DNA of 64,000 bases from Ginglymostoma cirratum. Its lineage: Eukaryota. The position numbers and the translations under genes are program-made. This document shows positions 13,331 to 26,757 of this stretch, piece by piece (position 1 is the stretch's first letter; each line of letters starts with the position of its first letter). Where the stretch lies: contig JAHRHZ010000145.1 in assembly GCA_024137785.1 (NCBI GenBank), positions 35,729,435-35,793,434 of the forward strand, written 5' to 3'. The notes under the pieces are model-generated. The model worked only from the letters and a program-made list of their open reading frames with translations. It was not told the DNA's origin and did not search any database.

Positions 13331-13771
13331 GTATACCTGAAGTAATTTATTTATCTGCATGTACTTTAATATACATAACATCCTTGTGAAGAATACTGTC
13401 TACTTTTAGTTATATAAAGGAATGGGGGAACAAAAATTGGTCATCGCTTACGAAATGATATGAGCAATGGTGAATCAGTAGCCTATTTGAAAGCAATGGA
13501 AAAGAAAATTGGACCTATTGTAAATGTACCTTTTTTCTTAACACTCCTTTTGTGCTACAGTAGATATTTAATTTAATGCTGGGAACTTTCTATCAATAAA
13601 AACTTGAAGTTCATAATTTTGCTTTGCAACAAGCATCAATCATCTATTAACATTTTTGTCAAATGTAAATGTAGTGTTTCCATAGATTTGCTTCTACTTC
13701 ATATAATTTTCAAACGATACTTTCGATAAACTGAGATGTGATTGATTTACAAATTTATTTGTTATTTACAG

Positions 13772-13897
13772 TTCCAGAAGTTGTGTCTCCTGAGGTTGAA
13801 GCACCCGTTTATCCACCAACCGTCATAAGTCCAATACAGGACACTTCTACCACTGAAGGAAAATCTGCTCAATTTCAGTGCCGTGTTACTGGGACAG
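13772..13897 (+). CDS. TTN: Titin exon, linker and N-terminal part of Ig I15 (human exon 43 equivalent)
   Basis: acag/gtatgt, 126 nt; VPEVVSPEVEAPVYPP...FQCRVTGT. Confidence 0.95.
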
Positions 13898-14149
13898 GTA
13901 TGTTCCATGTTTACATTTCAGGGACACCTTTGCTTTTATTTCAATTTTCTCCTTCCACCAGATGGAGGTGATTTCTGGCGGCTTAGGATTCCAATGTTAT
14001 ATACAGTGTTCTTAAACTTCTCCCATTTAGTCATTCTGTATGTACGAACTCAGCTTATTGTGTCATAGACAGTGTCACAACTGAACTTCCCTTTGCTCAC
14101 TTAACATTTGTACAATAGAAGCATGAAAAGATCCGTGATTCAGAAGGAG

Positions 14150-15460
14150 AGAAAAATATTGTAGAATGTTAAGGGACTGAAAGCCAACAAATCCTGAAGA
14201 CCTGATGGCCTAAAATAGGTCTCAGCAGAAACATCAGAAAGTTGGTTATGATTCTTTCTTAAAAAAACCCTAGAATATGAAACAGTTCCAATGAACTGCA
14301 AGCTAGCAAGTGTTACTGCAATTCAAGAAAGGAGCAAGAGAGAACCCAAGAATCTACAGGGCAGTTAATCTAATGTAAGTCATCAGATGAATCTCAGTAA
14401 TGCACTTAGAAAATAAGGGTACAAGCAAACAGAATCAATGTGGTATTGTGAATGAGAAATTGTGTTTGGAGAAATGAAGAGTTATTGAAGGGTTCAATAA
14501 TAGTTAATTCAGTTCAGTTAAGATATGACTCATGGAGCTGATGATAATATTCTAACATGGCTGGATGTTTGGTTAATTGACTGGAAACAGAGGAGGAATC
14601 AAAATTTTAGACTTCGCAGGCTGAGACTAGTGGAATGCTGCAGTGTTCATTGTTGGGGTCTCAGCTATTTATGTTAAATATTTATATAAAGAAACCGAGA
14701 ATAACGTGTCCAAGTTTGATAACTGTGCAAAGCTATATGGGAATATAAAATACTGCAGAGACATGGAGAGGTTGAGTAGGTAACAAGCTGGATGAAGAAC
14801 GAAATGGGGACGTGTGAGATTCATTTTGGTAAGAAGAATAAAAAAAGCAGATTATTTTTAAAAAAGCATGAGATCTTTAATGTTATGCAAATTACTCTAT
14901 CCAGCTCGCACATGGTACTGAAAACCTCAATCAGATCTCCTCTCAGCTTTCTTCTCTCTGAGGAGAACAGTCCCAACTTCTTCAATCTATCCTTATAACT
15001 GAAGTTTCTCATCCCTGGAACCAATCAAGTATACTTCTTCTGCAGCCTCTTCAATGTGTTCATGTCCTTCACGTAATGTGACACCCAGAACTGTGCACAG
15101 CACTTTAGCTGAGGTCTAACAAATGCCTTATACAAGTTCAACATCACCTCCTTTCTCTTGTACTCTACACTCCTATTCATAATAAATTCATAATAATATT
15201 TATAAAGAATAAAGTATACTTTCTGCTCTCTCCGCCTGTCCTGCATTTTTAATGATTTGTGCATATAGATATCCAGATGGCCCTGCTTTTGTACCTCAGA
15301 ATTTTACCACCTAATTTATACTTTCAATGTTATTCCTTCCAAAACGCATCGCCTCTCTCCTTCTGCATTACTTCTCTTCATTAAAACTCATCTGCCTCCC
15401 ATCTGTCCACTCTACCAACTGGCCTATGTCCTCGAAATCCTTCTGGAGTTCTATCCTGTC
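14150..15460. mobile_element. Cluster of decayed CR1 fragments in both orientations
   Basis: + strand RT remnants at 14150-14870; - strand LYKAFVRPQLKCCAQFW and RLKKLGLFSSERRKLRGDLIEVF at 14880-15460. Confidence 0.75.
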
Positions 15461-16479
15461 CTTTTCATAAGAAAATGTTGACCTTGCCAGTGATGCCCAC
15501 ATCTACTGATTGAATTAAGAAAAAAAACTTCCGCTTGGTCTTCTTTGATTTGAAGGAAAGCAAACAGAACTTATGCAACTTTTCCTCATAGCTAAAATTC
15601 TTCATTCCTGCCAACGTTCTCATAACTCTCTTCTCCAGCTTGTGCAGTATAATTACTTCCTCCCATTGTCAAATGGGATGCAATACTGTAGCTGCAATTT
15701 AATTCATTTTTTAATAAAGCTATTAAAATTCCTTTGGCTTTACAAGGACCTCAGCTAATAAAAGGAAGTACCCTCCATTCCTTTCTGATCATCTTATTTA
15801 CCTGTTATATTTCTTTCAGGAACTTGTGGCATATCGCCCAAGTTGTTGTGTTTCTCTACATTTTTCAGAATTGTATTCCCTTGCCATGTTAGTCTTCCCC
15901 AAATACCTTGACTTCTCCAAATTGAATTTCAATTAACTAACAGATCCGTTGACAGCTTCCTGCATGCCATGGCTTTCTCCTGATCTTCTTCAGCATGCTC
16001 AATTTTTATTTTATAAATTTGTATGATTCATTCAGGCCTACAGCAAGGAGCCCAGTATAATAGTGACATTCAGAAGAGATGACTAGTGATTGAAAGTGGG
16101 ACCCTGATTGTTTTTCTCCTTCCTCAGCTGGGCTGAAAAGTCTACTCCTCCTATTTCTTATATCTGGTTTGAATAGTTCACTCATTTCTTAAAAATGAGG
16201 TTTCATGCTAATTTTCTCCTTATCCCTGCTAAAAATCTTGATTTCTTTCCATTGGAACCTGGTTCACAAATATAAGCAGCTTCTATTGTTTTAGAAAGGG
16301 GGAGTTCACCAAACTTACAAACACCATAGCAAGCAGGTTGCTGTAACATAAAAGTGTGAAAACAAGTGACTATCAAGCATCTGAGATGTTTAGATGTTAA
16401 TGGATCTTTGATGTAATTTCTGGAAATAAATGTGGGCATATTACTGGAGCCTCATTTATGAGCAGGTTTGTGCTTTATT

Positions 16480-17520
16480 CTGTGAATTTAACATATGTAG
16501 CATAGCTTGGCAGTTGGTTGGGTGACTAAGTGATAGAGTAGGGATAAAGGAACATTTTCAGAATCTGTGCTGTGTCAGTGACTTTCCAGAGATTTTTCAT
16601 GGGTCCTCAACTTTTCACTGTATATAAATGACTTGAGTGAGAGTTACGAATATTGGATTTTGCAGATAACAGCTAGTTGAGAGGTACAGTAAGTTATGTA
16701 GAGTCGATTAATAAGGGGCAGGCACTGTGTAAGTGCTGAAAGCTGTGGCCAATAGAGTTCAGTGTGGTGAAGTGAGTGGTTATCTACTTTGATATGAGAA
16801 GGACAAATTGGAATCTATTTTAATGGTAAAAGGCTAGGAACTATGAATCAGTAAGTAAATTTAGACTTCCATGCACACAAATTACAAATCCAAAACTGTA
16901 TTCAGTAATCCAAAAGGTAATACAATGTTGCCTGTTATTTCAGAGTGTTCAAATCATATACATTTTATATTTGATGGCACAGAAGGAGGTTATTCTGGTT
17001 GCTGTACCTGGACTGGCTCTTTTATAGGACAATTATGCTTAGTGCAATATCCTCATGTTTGCCAAAAGCCCTGTAGCTTCCAATCCTCAAATCCTTTTAG
17101 ACATTTTGTGGAATCAGCTTCCAATACAGTCAGAATGTTCTAGATCTTGACAACTGAGAGTGAAAACTATTCTCCCCATCTTCCCTCTGGACCTTTTGCC
17201 AGTGATTTTAGAGCCATCGGCTCTGGTTCTTGATTCACTTATCAGAAGGAAGCGCTTTACTTTCTCCCCAGTACTTGCGCTATCTTAAACCACAATTCCA
17301 TCACTTCATGATCTTCTTTGTCCGAGGAAAATAATTATTATCTTTGCAATTTATGTTCATCATTGAAGTCCCACACCCCTGATAAGCTACCCAATGTCTT
17401 TCTAAGGCTTTTGAATCCGTCCTGAAGTATGGTGACCAGTATTGCCTGCAGTACTCCTGTTGAGGGTGAACCAATGATTTATGAATGTCTATGTGGATTT
17501 TTTTCTTTGTTTTCATTAAT
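16480..17520. mobile_element. Decayed CR1 fragments
   Basis: HKSLVHPQQEYCRQYWSPYFR on the - strand; FADxS-like RT remnant on the + strand. Boundaries approximate. Confidence 0.6.
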
Positions 17521-17729
17521 CATCTCAAGGAACCAGCATGCCCTTTCCAAGTGACTGTTAACTTTGTCCTGGATTATTGTCTGCAAAAAACTTTTCCAGT
17601 GCTGCAATTCTCCAAATCTCTGGCATCGCCGTTCATCTTGGAAGGCTTGCGGCCAGTGCCTCTAAAATTTCCATCTGTATTTTATTTAGTACCTTTGGAT
17701 CCATCTAAAAACAGTAACATAGGAAGAAG

Positions 17730-17861
17730 AGATAAAAGGTACTGCAGATGCTGGAGAATCCGAGATAACAAGCATGGGGCTGGATGAACACAGCAGGTCA
17801 AGCAGCATCATAGGAGCAGGAAAACTCGACGTTTCGGGCCTAAACCCTTCATCAGAAAGGG
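17730..17861 (-). mobile_element. Penelope-like terminal repeat running into the assembly gap
   Basis: gctggatgaacacagcaggtcaagcagcatc...gacgtttcgggcctaaacccttcatcag; same family as 25835-26051. Confidence 0.75.
17828..17855 (-). ncRNA. Minimal hammerhead ribozyme core (Penelope type), apparently intact
   Basis: Minus strand reads CUGAUGA-A-GGGU-UUAG-GCCC-GAAAC-GUC: both catalytic boxes, stem II and a GUC cleavage triplet. Confidence 0.65.
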
Positions 17862-18261
17862 NNNNNNNNNNNNNNNNNNNNNNNNNNNNNNNNNNNNNNN
17901 NNNNNNNNNNNNNNNNNNNNNNNNNNNNNNNNNNNNNNNNNNNNNNNNNNNNNNNNNNNNNNNNNNNNNNNNNNNNNNNNNNNNNNNNNNNNNNNNNNNN
18001 NNNNNNNNNNNNNNNNNNNNNNNNNNNNNNNNNNNNNNNNNNNNNNNNNNNNNNNNNNNNNNNNNNNNNNNNNNNNNNNNNNNNNNNNNNNNNNNNNNNN
18101 NNNNNNNNNNNNNNNNNNNNNNNNNNNNNNNNNNNNNNNNNNNNNNNNNNNNNNNNNNNNNNNNNNNNNNNNNNNNNNNNNNNNNNNNNNNNNNNNNNNN
18201 NNNNNNNNNNNNNNNNNNNNNNNNNNNNNNNNNNNNNNNNNNNNNNNNNNNNNNNNNNNNN
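17862..18261. other. Assembly gap (400 N)
   Basis: Run of N. Confidence 1.
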
Positions 18262-18509
18262 AGTTTGATATTCGGCATCCTCTGTGTTTGTTTCAGGTTT
18301 TCAGCATCCACTGTGATTCGCCTTTAATACATCCATGGCAGTTCAACACACATACAGAGTGATGCATACCAAATACCATCTTGATGAATATGATAATGCG
18401 GGCGGTTCATGTGTGTAAAAGAAATATGGACAGAAGGCAGACCATGTTTGTTTACGTGTGACTCTGACGATGCCATCTATGTCATTTTGAATCTTGATGC
18501 TCCTTTCTC

Positions 18510-18962
18510 TCTTCATTCTTTCCGGGTATCACTAACAATTCCAGCATTTTTTACACTTCCCTAATTGCCCTTGAAGTAAATGGTTTGCTACGTCACTTCA
18601 GAGAACCATTAAGTGTCATTGCTATGGAGCCAGACTTCCATGTAGACAAGACCAAGTAATGACAACAGATTTCCTTCTTTAAAGGATATTATTGAATCAG
18701 ATGAGTTTTTATGACAGTTGATGGTGATTAATACTGGCACTAGCTTGCAATTCCAGATTTGTATTAATTGAATTTAAAATATGCTAATTGCCAGCTGTGT
18801 TCCGAAGAAGAGTCATATCAGACTTGAGACAATTACCTGTGTTTCTCTCTCCACTGCGAGACCTGCTGAGTTTCTGTAGCACTTTTTGTTTCCATCCACA
18901 GGAGATTAGCTGGTCCACTGGATTGCGAGTCTAGTGCCACTACTATTACACCACCATCTCCC
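18510..18962 (-). mobile_element. tRNA-derived Deu-type SINE with a nested Penelope-terminus fragment (~18797-18897)
   Basis: Reverse complement of the SINE at 26758-27118; interrupted by ccgaagaagagtcatatcagacttgagac...acctgctgagtttc. Confidence 0.65.
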
Positions 18963-19329
18963 CAAGTCATTTTCTTAAACACTCTCATTTAATATTGTGC
19001 TCAGTGGCATGAGAGGTATTCTCATCACTGCTATTGAAAGAGAACTTTAACATGTTACACTGGCCCTGTTTGAGTTTTTGAAAGTGCTGTGTATTTGGAG
19101 AAGTTGATAACAGTTGATAAAATCTGTAGAGTGTGCTGCATATGGAATAGGCATTACTTATAACTACAAGGTTCCGAGCACCAATTTCTCCCAACTGTGG
19201 GACAAGTTTCTCTGGGCTGCTGTGTGAGAGGGAGATGGTGTGGAGGCAACAGCAGTGAAAATAACCTACTCGCAGACAGAATTGGGAATAGGCTCTTAAC
19301 ACCTATGACTGACTAAGCCAGGAAGAGGA

Positions 19330-21810
19330 ATCTGCTGTTCTCCAAAGAGGTTGTCACAGAAGTGTGCGACTGCTTGGATCCCAAGCTGCAGCCTCCAATC
19401 AGGATGAGGCCAGTGTTTTCAGTGACCATGAAGGTGTCCATGGCACTCAGTTTGTTTGGGTCCAGATCCTTCCAGGCCAGAACAGGGGACACAGCTAACA
19501 TCTCCAGGCTGCCATTCAGTGCTCCATCAGAGAGGTGACAGAGGTTCTGTCTTCCATGGCTTTATTGTTTTTCTCTGAACTGAGAGAGACAGGAGGAGCA
19601 TGCGTATGGCGTCTGCAGGATAATGCACTTCTCGACAGTGCAGGGTGCAATCAACTGCACATTACTTCGTGAACACTGCACCCGGATGGTGATATGAACT
19701 GAAACCATTTAACTTTCCATTCATTCGCTACGGACTTGTTATGTAACCATACTCAACACACCACCCTAGTGAATGTCTTCTGTCCTGGGAGTAGTCATGA
19801 GACATTTATTCTACACTAGCCTTCAGTTGCAAGAATCTTTCAGCCAAAACAGAGATGGGAATCAAGGACAATAAGTTTTACATTGTTAATAACACCCTGG
19901 GCAAACCAGTCACACAAGGCCAACATACTGCTATGTGGACCATCTTCAGGCAGATAGCAGAGTACTAAAACAATGATTACCTTGTCTGGAGGAGGCTTGT
20001 ACTGGCCAGAGCAAGAATCCACCTTGTTTTGATCTGTTTCACCTTTTACATCCTGGTCATTATAAACACAGTCTTTAATTACCACCAGGGATACAGCAAA
20101 CACCTCAGAAGGAGGAGCAAGCAGATGGGAGAAAGGGAGCAAGAAGCCAGACCATCAATGTACAAGCTGGGCTTTGTTCATGTGCGTCATTTGACTTTTT
20201 TTCTCATGAATGAAACAACAAATCTCCATTGTTTTGAAGTTCCATGCCTTACCATCCATTTGTACTGGATCATCAGATTTTCCTCAATCCTAAAATAAAA
20301 GCCACCACGGAGTAATCATCTGATATCAACTTTATGCAACAGAGCATCAATGTTTGAATTAATCATCCTTGTGCATTTCCTTAGTGACTGTCTTCTGTGT
20401 GCCTTGGTCTGCCCTAGTGCAACAATTTAGTTCTACCCCAGTGGCTGCAGAATGCTTGATGGAAGAATGGTTGCTTGCAAGTGCCTTGTGGGGCAGTGTC
20501 AAGCAGCACTGGGATTTGAAAGCTTGGCTTCACACATACTACCTCAGCATGGTCAGTGGCAAACCTAACTGGCTGGTTGAAAGAGCAGCAGGGCCACTGA
20601 CAGAATGGTAGTGGTTGGAGCACAAACGCTGACATCCTGAGAGAGAGCAGCAGGTTTGTGCTGCACAGCCCGGCGCCACTCCCTTGGATTGGTGCCTAGG
20701 CAATCATCTGGCTGTGCTGGAAGGCGGATTGCTAGATTGGGAGACTCTGCAAAACCCTTTGAGTACCAGTACCTGTAGTTGTGATGGCGGCTTTCCGAAC
20801 CTTTGTGACGAAAGCTAAGATTTGCTGATCTCAGTTTGAGTTTCCATTGCAGCACTGATTGGCTGGGTGTAGCCTTCTTGTGCTGCCATGGAAACCACAG
20901 TTCACGGTTGGGCCCACAGGTTTGCTACCACTTCCCCTTTGGAAAGAATATGATGCAAGCTCTGCTCACAGCTTGAGTCAGCCTGGAGTCCAACTTCTGC
21001 ATGTTTCTTGACATTGGCAATGGGAGTGTGGCAGGCGCTCATACATGAATAATTTTTGTCTGCATGACCTTCAACCTTTTTGGTTGAGGGTAAAGTATGA
21101 ATTTAGAAGGTAATACGTAGGAACTTACCGTCAGCTTCAGTGGGCGACTGTTCACTGGTCACAGCCTCTATGACCACTGCTGCAATGGTGGAAAGCACTG
21201 TCTCCTCTATGGAGATGAGCAGATGCAGCATTGCACACAGCCCACAGCCCTCACCCCTCACCCAAGCAGTGAGTTGCTTTCTTATCAATTCAAGGCCACC
21301 TCGTCCTGTAAAGAGTGGGAAGTGTGTTTTTGAGTGTAGTACTAACCATTTGAAAGTTTTGCATGCCAGAATCACATAGCTGGCAGTATGTGCAAGCTGT
21401 GAGGTATGAGTATGTGGTCTGTGGCACTTCAGAGTGTATGAAGGTTAGCTCACATTGTGAATGTGGGGTATGACTTCAAGTTAATCATGATTGTTGTTAG
21501 GCAAGTGAAAGAAATGTGCTAAAAGGAAAATTGTGTGAAGCTAATGGTACTTAGGAAATGACATTTGAAGATGCATTCTCCAACCCTAACTATGAATGTA
21601 TGAGACCATTAGATTTGTTTTGGCACTGATTCCAAATGCTCAAGGCTAGATTGTTGCCACTTACCATAATGGCTATTTGTTCTCGCTGACTTTGCAGTTT
21701 GTTTGAGTGTGAACTGAGCCGCTCCAAAAGAAGAGGATCTATCTCCAATGTAGCTCCAAAACCAAGGCCTCCAGCATGGTGTCTGAGAGTCTTGGGGCAC
21801 ACTGTCTGGC
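19330..21810. mobile_element. Fossil PIF/Harbinger DNA transposon (DDE transposase on +, Myb/SANT-like gene on -)
   Basis: + strand: LFSKEVVTEVCDCL...KVSMALSLFGSRSFQARTGDTANIS...VQGAINCT...CPGSSHETFIL. - strand at ~21600-21810: APRLSDTMLEALVLE...EQIAIMVS...NQCQNKSNGL. Many frameshifts; ends not defined. Confidence 0.8.
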
Positions 21811-22199
21811 CTGTTGTACTATATTTATTGATGCTGCCTGATCTCTGACTATTATTTAACCAGTTCAAGCTCCTACTGCAGTCAAAATAGTGCAGATTAG
21901 GTTTAGATTATGGCCTGTACTGAGGCATACAGCCCCCCAATAGTACATTCAGCATTGGATTGCATGCCACAATCATTAAAATTACAGTGAGAAATGTGCC
22001 TACTTCCTGTATTGTTTTTGATGGTTACAGGATAAACATTAAGATCATGATCCCTGCACCCAGTTTCAAAGGTATTCCATTTTAATGGCTAATGTAGCTG
22101 CAGTTATGTTTTATTTCTTTTAATACCATTTTCTAACTTCTACCAGCTGGTTCAATGTTGCTTTGCTTTTTATGTACACGACAACCTAAAATCTGTAAA

Positions 22200-23000
22200 T
22201 GGCAACAATTTATTTGTACCGTGCCTGTGATGCAGCAAAATCTGCCAAGGCACTTAACAGGAGAATTATAAAAAAATATACTAAGCCACCTCAAAAAAAA
22301 ATTAGAACAGATGGTTTAAAGCTTTGCCAAAGTGGTAGTTTTTAAAGGAAGAAAACAAAGATAAGATGATTGGTGAGGGGATTTTAGAGCTTATGTGCTG
22401 GAAGCTGAAGGCACCAGCACTGATGAACGAACCATTAAAAATGAGGATGCTCAAAAAGTCAGAATTGAAAGACCACAGATGTTTCAGAGGATCATAGGAC
22501 TGGAGAAAATTACAGAGGTATCGGAGGAGCAAAACCATGGATGGATTTGATAATGAGGATGAGGATTTAAAGATCAAAGTATAGCTCATCAAGGAGACAT
22601 AGAAGGTTGGTGAGCACAGGTGTCAGTTAGGACATAGATAGTAGACAATTGGATGAATGTTTATGGAGACTTGTGGAAGAATGGTCCAGAGTGCATTGGA
22701 ATGGTGAAGTCTACAGAACAGCTTCCCAAATGGACTTTGGAGATTCTTGAGGTCATGAACACTAAGGCAGTAATGGCTGCCATGGTAGTTCTGACCACAT
22801 TATAGCAACTGGGTACAGGCCCATTCCTCCCGCTCCCACTCTCCCATGTCTCCCCAACCTTGTGCTCTCTGTTTTCCGTGAAGGCTCACAGAAATCATCA
22901 AGCATTGAAGTGGGGTCTCAGTAGGAAAATGTTTCAAGAAGCGCTGATCTAGAGGTAACAAGAGAATAAATAACGGAGGGTTTCCACAGCAAGTGAGCTA
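22200..23000 (-). mobile_element. Decayed L2-like fragment with a possible nested hAT/Charlie-type MITE (~22719-22946)
   Basis: MITE ends CAGCTTCCCAAA...TTTCAAGAAGCGCTG next to an ATCTAGAG-like target; L2-like flanks similar to 10390-10620. Confidence 0.4.
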
Positions 23001-23454
23001 AGGCAGTGGTAGAATAGAATAGAAGAGAAACTTATTGTCACTTGTACTTTTATTTGAAAAATACAGTGAAAAGTTTTATTAGTTGCCCTACCATGACACC
23101 TATGTTAATGACAGAAGTCATAGGTAATAAGAAAACAAATATAAAAAAAGTTCATCACAGTTCAGTTAAAGGCTCCTAGGCTAGGGAAAAGTCAATTTAA
23201 GGAACAATGGAATATTTGGAATTCGCAGCCAGGAAGAGACCGCCACATTGGGCCACTGGAATATTGGGCTGGAAGCCTCCACTAGAGAAGATTGCCATTC
23301 TGGGCCAAGACCACCAGTTGGACCATTGAAGTACCTCAAAGCTGACACCAAAGCAGGCCTCCACACGGGAACAAAACCTCCGTGCATGGACAAGACTGCC
23401 TCACCGGGAGACTGCCATGCCGGGCCGAGGTGTTGAGTGCTGTAATGGAGCGCA

Positions 23455-25083
23455 GGCATCAGTATTGGAACAGGAGGGATCTGTACCATTGGGATGGTCT
23501 CCACCTGACCCAAGCTGGGACCAATGTTCTAGCGAAAAGGCTAAATAAAGTGGTCAATGGGACTTTAAACTAGAAAGTGGAGGGTAGGGAAGGATAATAC
23601 TCCGAGGAGTATAATGGCCAATGGGAAACAAAGCAGAAGGTTAACACCTGTGGGGGTGGATTCAACTGCATGGAAAAGTATATAGTAAAAAAAAAGGAAA
23701 ACTCAGGAAAGATTACGAAAGTCTCCAGAACACAAAATAGGACAGTGTTTGTAAAGGGTCAGGAGTCAAACTTCAAGCACACAGGATAAAGGGAAGACAA
23801 AGAGAAGAGGGACGGTAAATACAGGACTGAAGGTGTTGTATGTGAATGCACACAGTATACGAAATAAGGTAAATGAACTGTGGCACAGATTGAAATTGGC
23901 AGGTATGATGTGATGGGCATCACGGAGACGTGGCTGCAAGGGGCTCAGGACTGGGAGCTAAATATCTAAGGATGCACATCCTATCGAAAAGACAGGCAAG
24001 TGGGCAGAGGGAGTGGAGTTACCTTATTAGTAAGAAATGAATAAATCAATAGTGAGGAACAATGTAGGGTCAGATGGTGTAGAATCTGTGTGGGTAGAGT
24101 TGAGGAACTGCAAAGGTGAAAAAAAGAACATAATGTGAGTTACGTACAGGTCTCCAAATGGTAGTCAGGAGCTGGTGCACAAGGTACACCAGGAGATGGA
24201 AAAGGCGTGTGAAAAAGGCAAGGTTACAGTGATCATGGGAGATTTCAATATGCAGGTGGACTGGGAAAATCCGGTTGGTAGTGGATCACAAGAAAAGGAA
24301 TTTGTGGAATGTCCATGAGATGACATTTTGGAGATAAGGGAGCTTACGGTAAATTCTATCATGTTATGGTCACTGCCTCCTAAAGGTTCTAGTCCAGGAT
24401 TCCCTTAAGGTAAACTTGCAGGTTGAGAAGGCAGATACAATGTTGGCATTTATTTTGAGAGGACTAGAATATAAAAGCAGGGGGATGTACCTCTGAGGTT
24501 TTATGAGGCTCTGGTCAGACCACATTTAGAATATTGCGAGCAATTTTGGGCCGTATACCTCAGGAAGGATATACTGGCCCTGGAGCACATCCCACGGAGG
24601 TTCATGAGAATGATGCCAGGATTGAAAATCTTAACATATGAGGAATGGTTGAGGACTCTGGGTCTATACTTGATAGAGTTTAGAAGAATGGAGGAGATTT
24701 AATTGAAACTCACAGAATATTGAATAGCCTGGACAGAGTGGACGTTGGGAAGATGTTTCCATTAGCGGGAGAGACTAGGATTCGAGGCACAACCTTAGTG
24801 TCCTAAGGACTGTAAGAGAGAGACCCTTTAGAATGGAGATGAGGAGAAACATCACCAATCAGAGAGTGGTGAGTCTATGGAACTCACTCCTTCAGAAGGC
24901 TATGGAAGTCAGGTCATTGAGTATATTTAGGACAGAGATAGCTAGGTTCTTGATTGTCAAGGGCATCAAAGGTTACAGGCAGAAAGTGGGAGAATGGGGT
25001 TGAGAAACTTATCAGATGTAATTGAATGGCTGAGCAGACCTAATGGGCCAAATAGCTTAATTTCTGCTCCAATGTCTTATGGT
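23455..25083 (+). mobile_element. Internally deleted CR1 LINE
   Basis: ORF1 esterase-like DLYHWDGLHL; ORF2 endonuclease NAHSIRNK and IMGDFNM; then a jump to the ORF2 C-terminus and the tail tgtcttatggt. Confidence 0.85.
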
Positions 25084-25834
25084 TTAAATAGGCATTCCTT
25101 GTGATGATATGGCTATGTGATTAAAAGCTAACAATACTGAGGTTGCAAGCAGACTGGGCCACATTCAGACTATTACTAAGAAAGGGGATGAGGCTGACTA
25201 TGTCCGTTCTTTTATTAATACAGTTACGTTTCATTTATTCCTTTAAAATCTAGTTTCACTTTATGAATTGCCTCTAGGTTCCTAGTTTTGTTTGGGATAC
25301 TATATATGTTGCTGAAGTCATAGTTTAATTTGTTTTTTTTCCTCTTGCTCTAATTTTAATTTATTTTATGCTGATATAATTGTATTTTAAAGTCTGTAAC
25401 TTTATCTGTTCCTGACCATTTATATAATCTTTACTACTTTCCTTTTATCTGACCTCTCCTCTCAGTTCCTTCACCCACCTGCTCAAGTGCAGTTAGGGAT
25501 GTGCAACCTGTGAATGAATAAGCAAAAAGTTGTTGGTGGCAGTATACCATTTAAATGAGACCTCTTCTTTCCTTCACCACTCTTCAGCCATTCACGTATC
25601 TTCCTGATCTGGTAACCTAAATGTCAAGTCAGCCTCAAATTGCAATCCTGAAATTTGCATCTTTGAAGTTTTGCTTCTTAACTCAATCCCTGATACTAAT
25701 TTAGCAGGGAACCTCAGTGACCTTTGGTGTGACATGGGAAGAACTAGGTCTTTCTGCTGCAAATTCTTCTCCAGCTGCACCTAAAAAAATCCTTTAAGAT
25801 ATAGACAACACACTCTTTTTGACAGAGATACTAG

Positions 25835-26051
25835 GAACTGCCGATGCTGGAGAATCTGAGATAAAACGTTGTGGAGCTGGATGAACACAGAAGGCTGAGC
25901 AGCATCAGAGGAGCAGGAAAGTTGATGTTTCGGGTCGAGACCCTTCTTCAGAAAAATTTCAGAACAATCTCGACCCGAAATGTCAACTTTCCTGCTCCTC
26001 TGAAGCTGCTCGGCCTGCTGTGTTCATCCAGCTCCACAACGTTTTATCTCA
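25835..26051. mobile_element. Palindromic Penelope-terminus element
   Basis: 25857-25940 is the reverse complement of ~25968-26051; hammerhead-like CTGAAGAAGGGTCTCGACCCGAAACATC on the - strand (25924-25951). Confidence 0.8.
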
Positions 26052-26757
26052 CATTCTTTTTGACTGTCGGTTATGATCATGGAAGATTCTGCTATTTCCT
26101 ACTTATCAATTACCCTCTGATGATGATTTTTCCTGTTTTACTTGCTACCTTTTGAAATTTCCTGCTTCATGACAGCACAGTTAGCATTCTGGCATTTGCT
26201 ACTGCAGCCTTCATCTCTACGACTTGTAGCAGATATGTTGTAATGTTGAATGCCACTATTTTCAGAGTGCATCCTCTCTGTTTCCCCTACATTCCCCCTT
26301 CCATGCTAACTGAAAATGATACAGTTGTCGTTCTACTTGAGTACTTTTTTCTGATCAGTGACTGGCTCCGTCGTGAAATTCCTAACCCTCCCTGTGTCTC
26401 AGCCTGGACTCTGCAGTCACGCTCAGAGAATCTGAGCTGGAAGATCTCATGATGGATACATTTCCTATATCGTTCAGGCCAATGTTAATGGCCGTAATTT
26501 CCCACATCCTGCAGTTTCAACACCCAGTCTGTGCTGCAACAATCTTTATTCATTATTGTCAGAAATGATTTGTTTTTAGTATGAATTACCTTTACTAATG
26601 TTTAGATTATGATAAGTTGATGCATTCAGTTTGACTTCAACTTGTTAATTATTTATTTTAATGAAGCAAGTATTTATCTCTTGTTTAAATGTGTCAGCCA
26701 TTTATTCCATACGAATTGGATTCCGGTAATGTTGGTTTTACTCCACCTAATTTATTT

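Noticed and set aside
17774-18311. 164- and 167-aa ORFs
   Set aside because: Artefacts of translating through the N gap.
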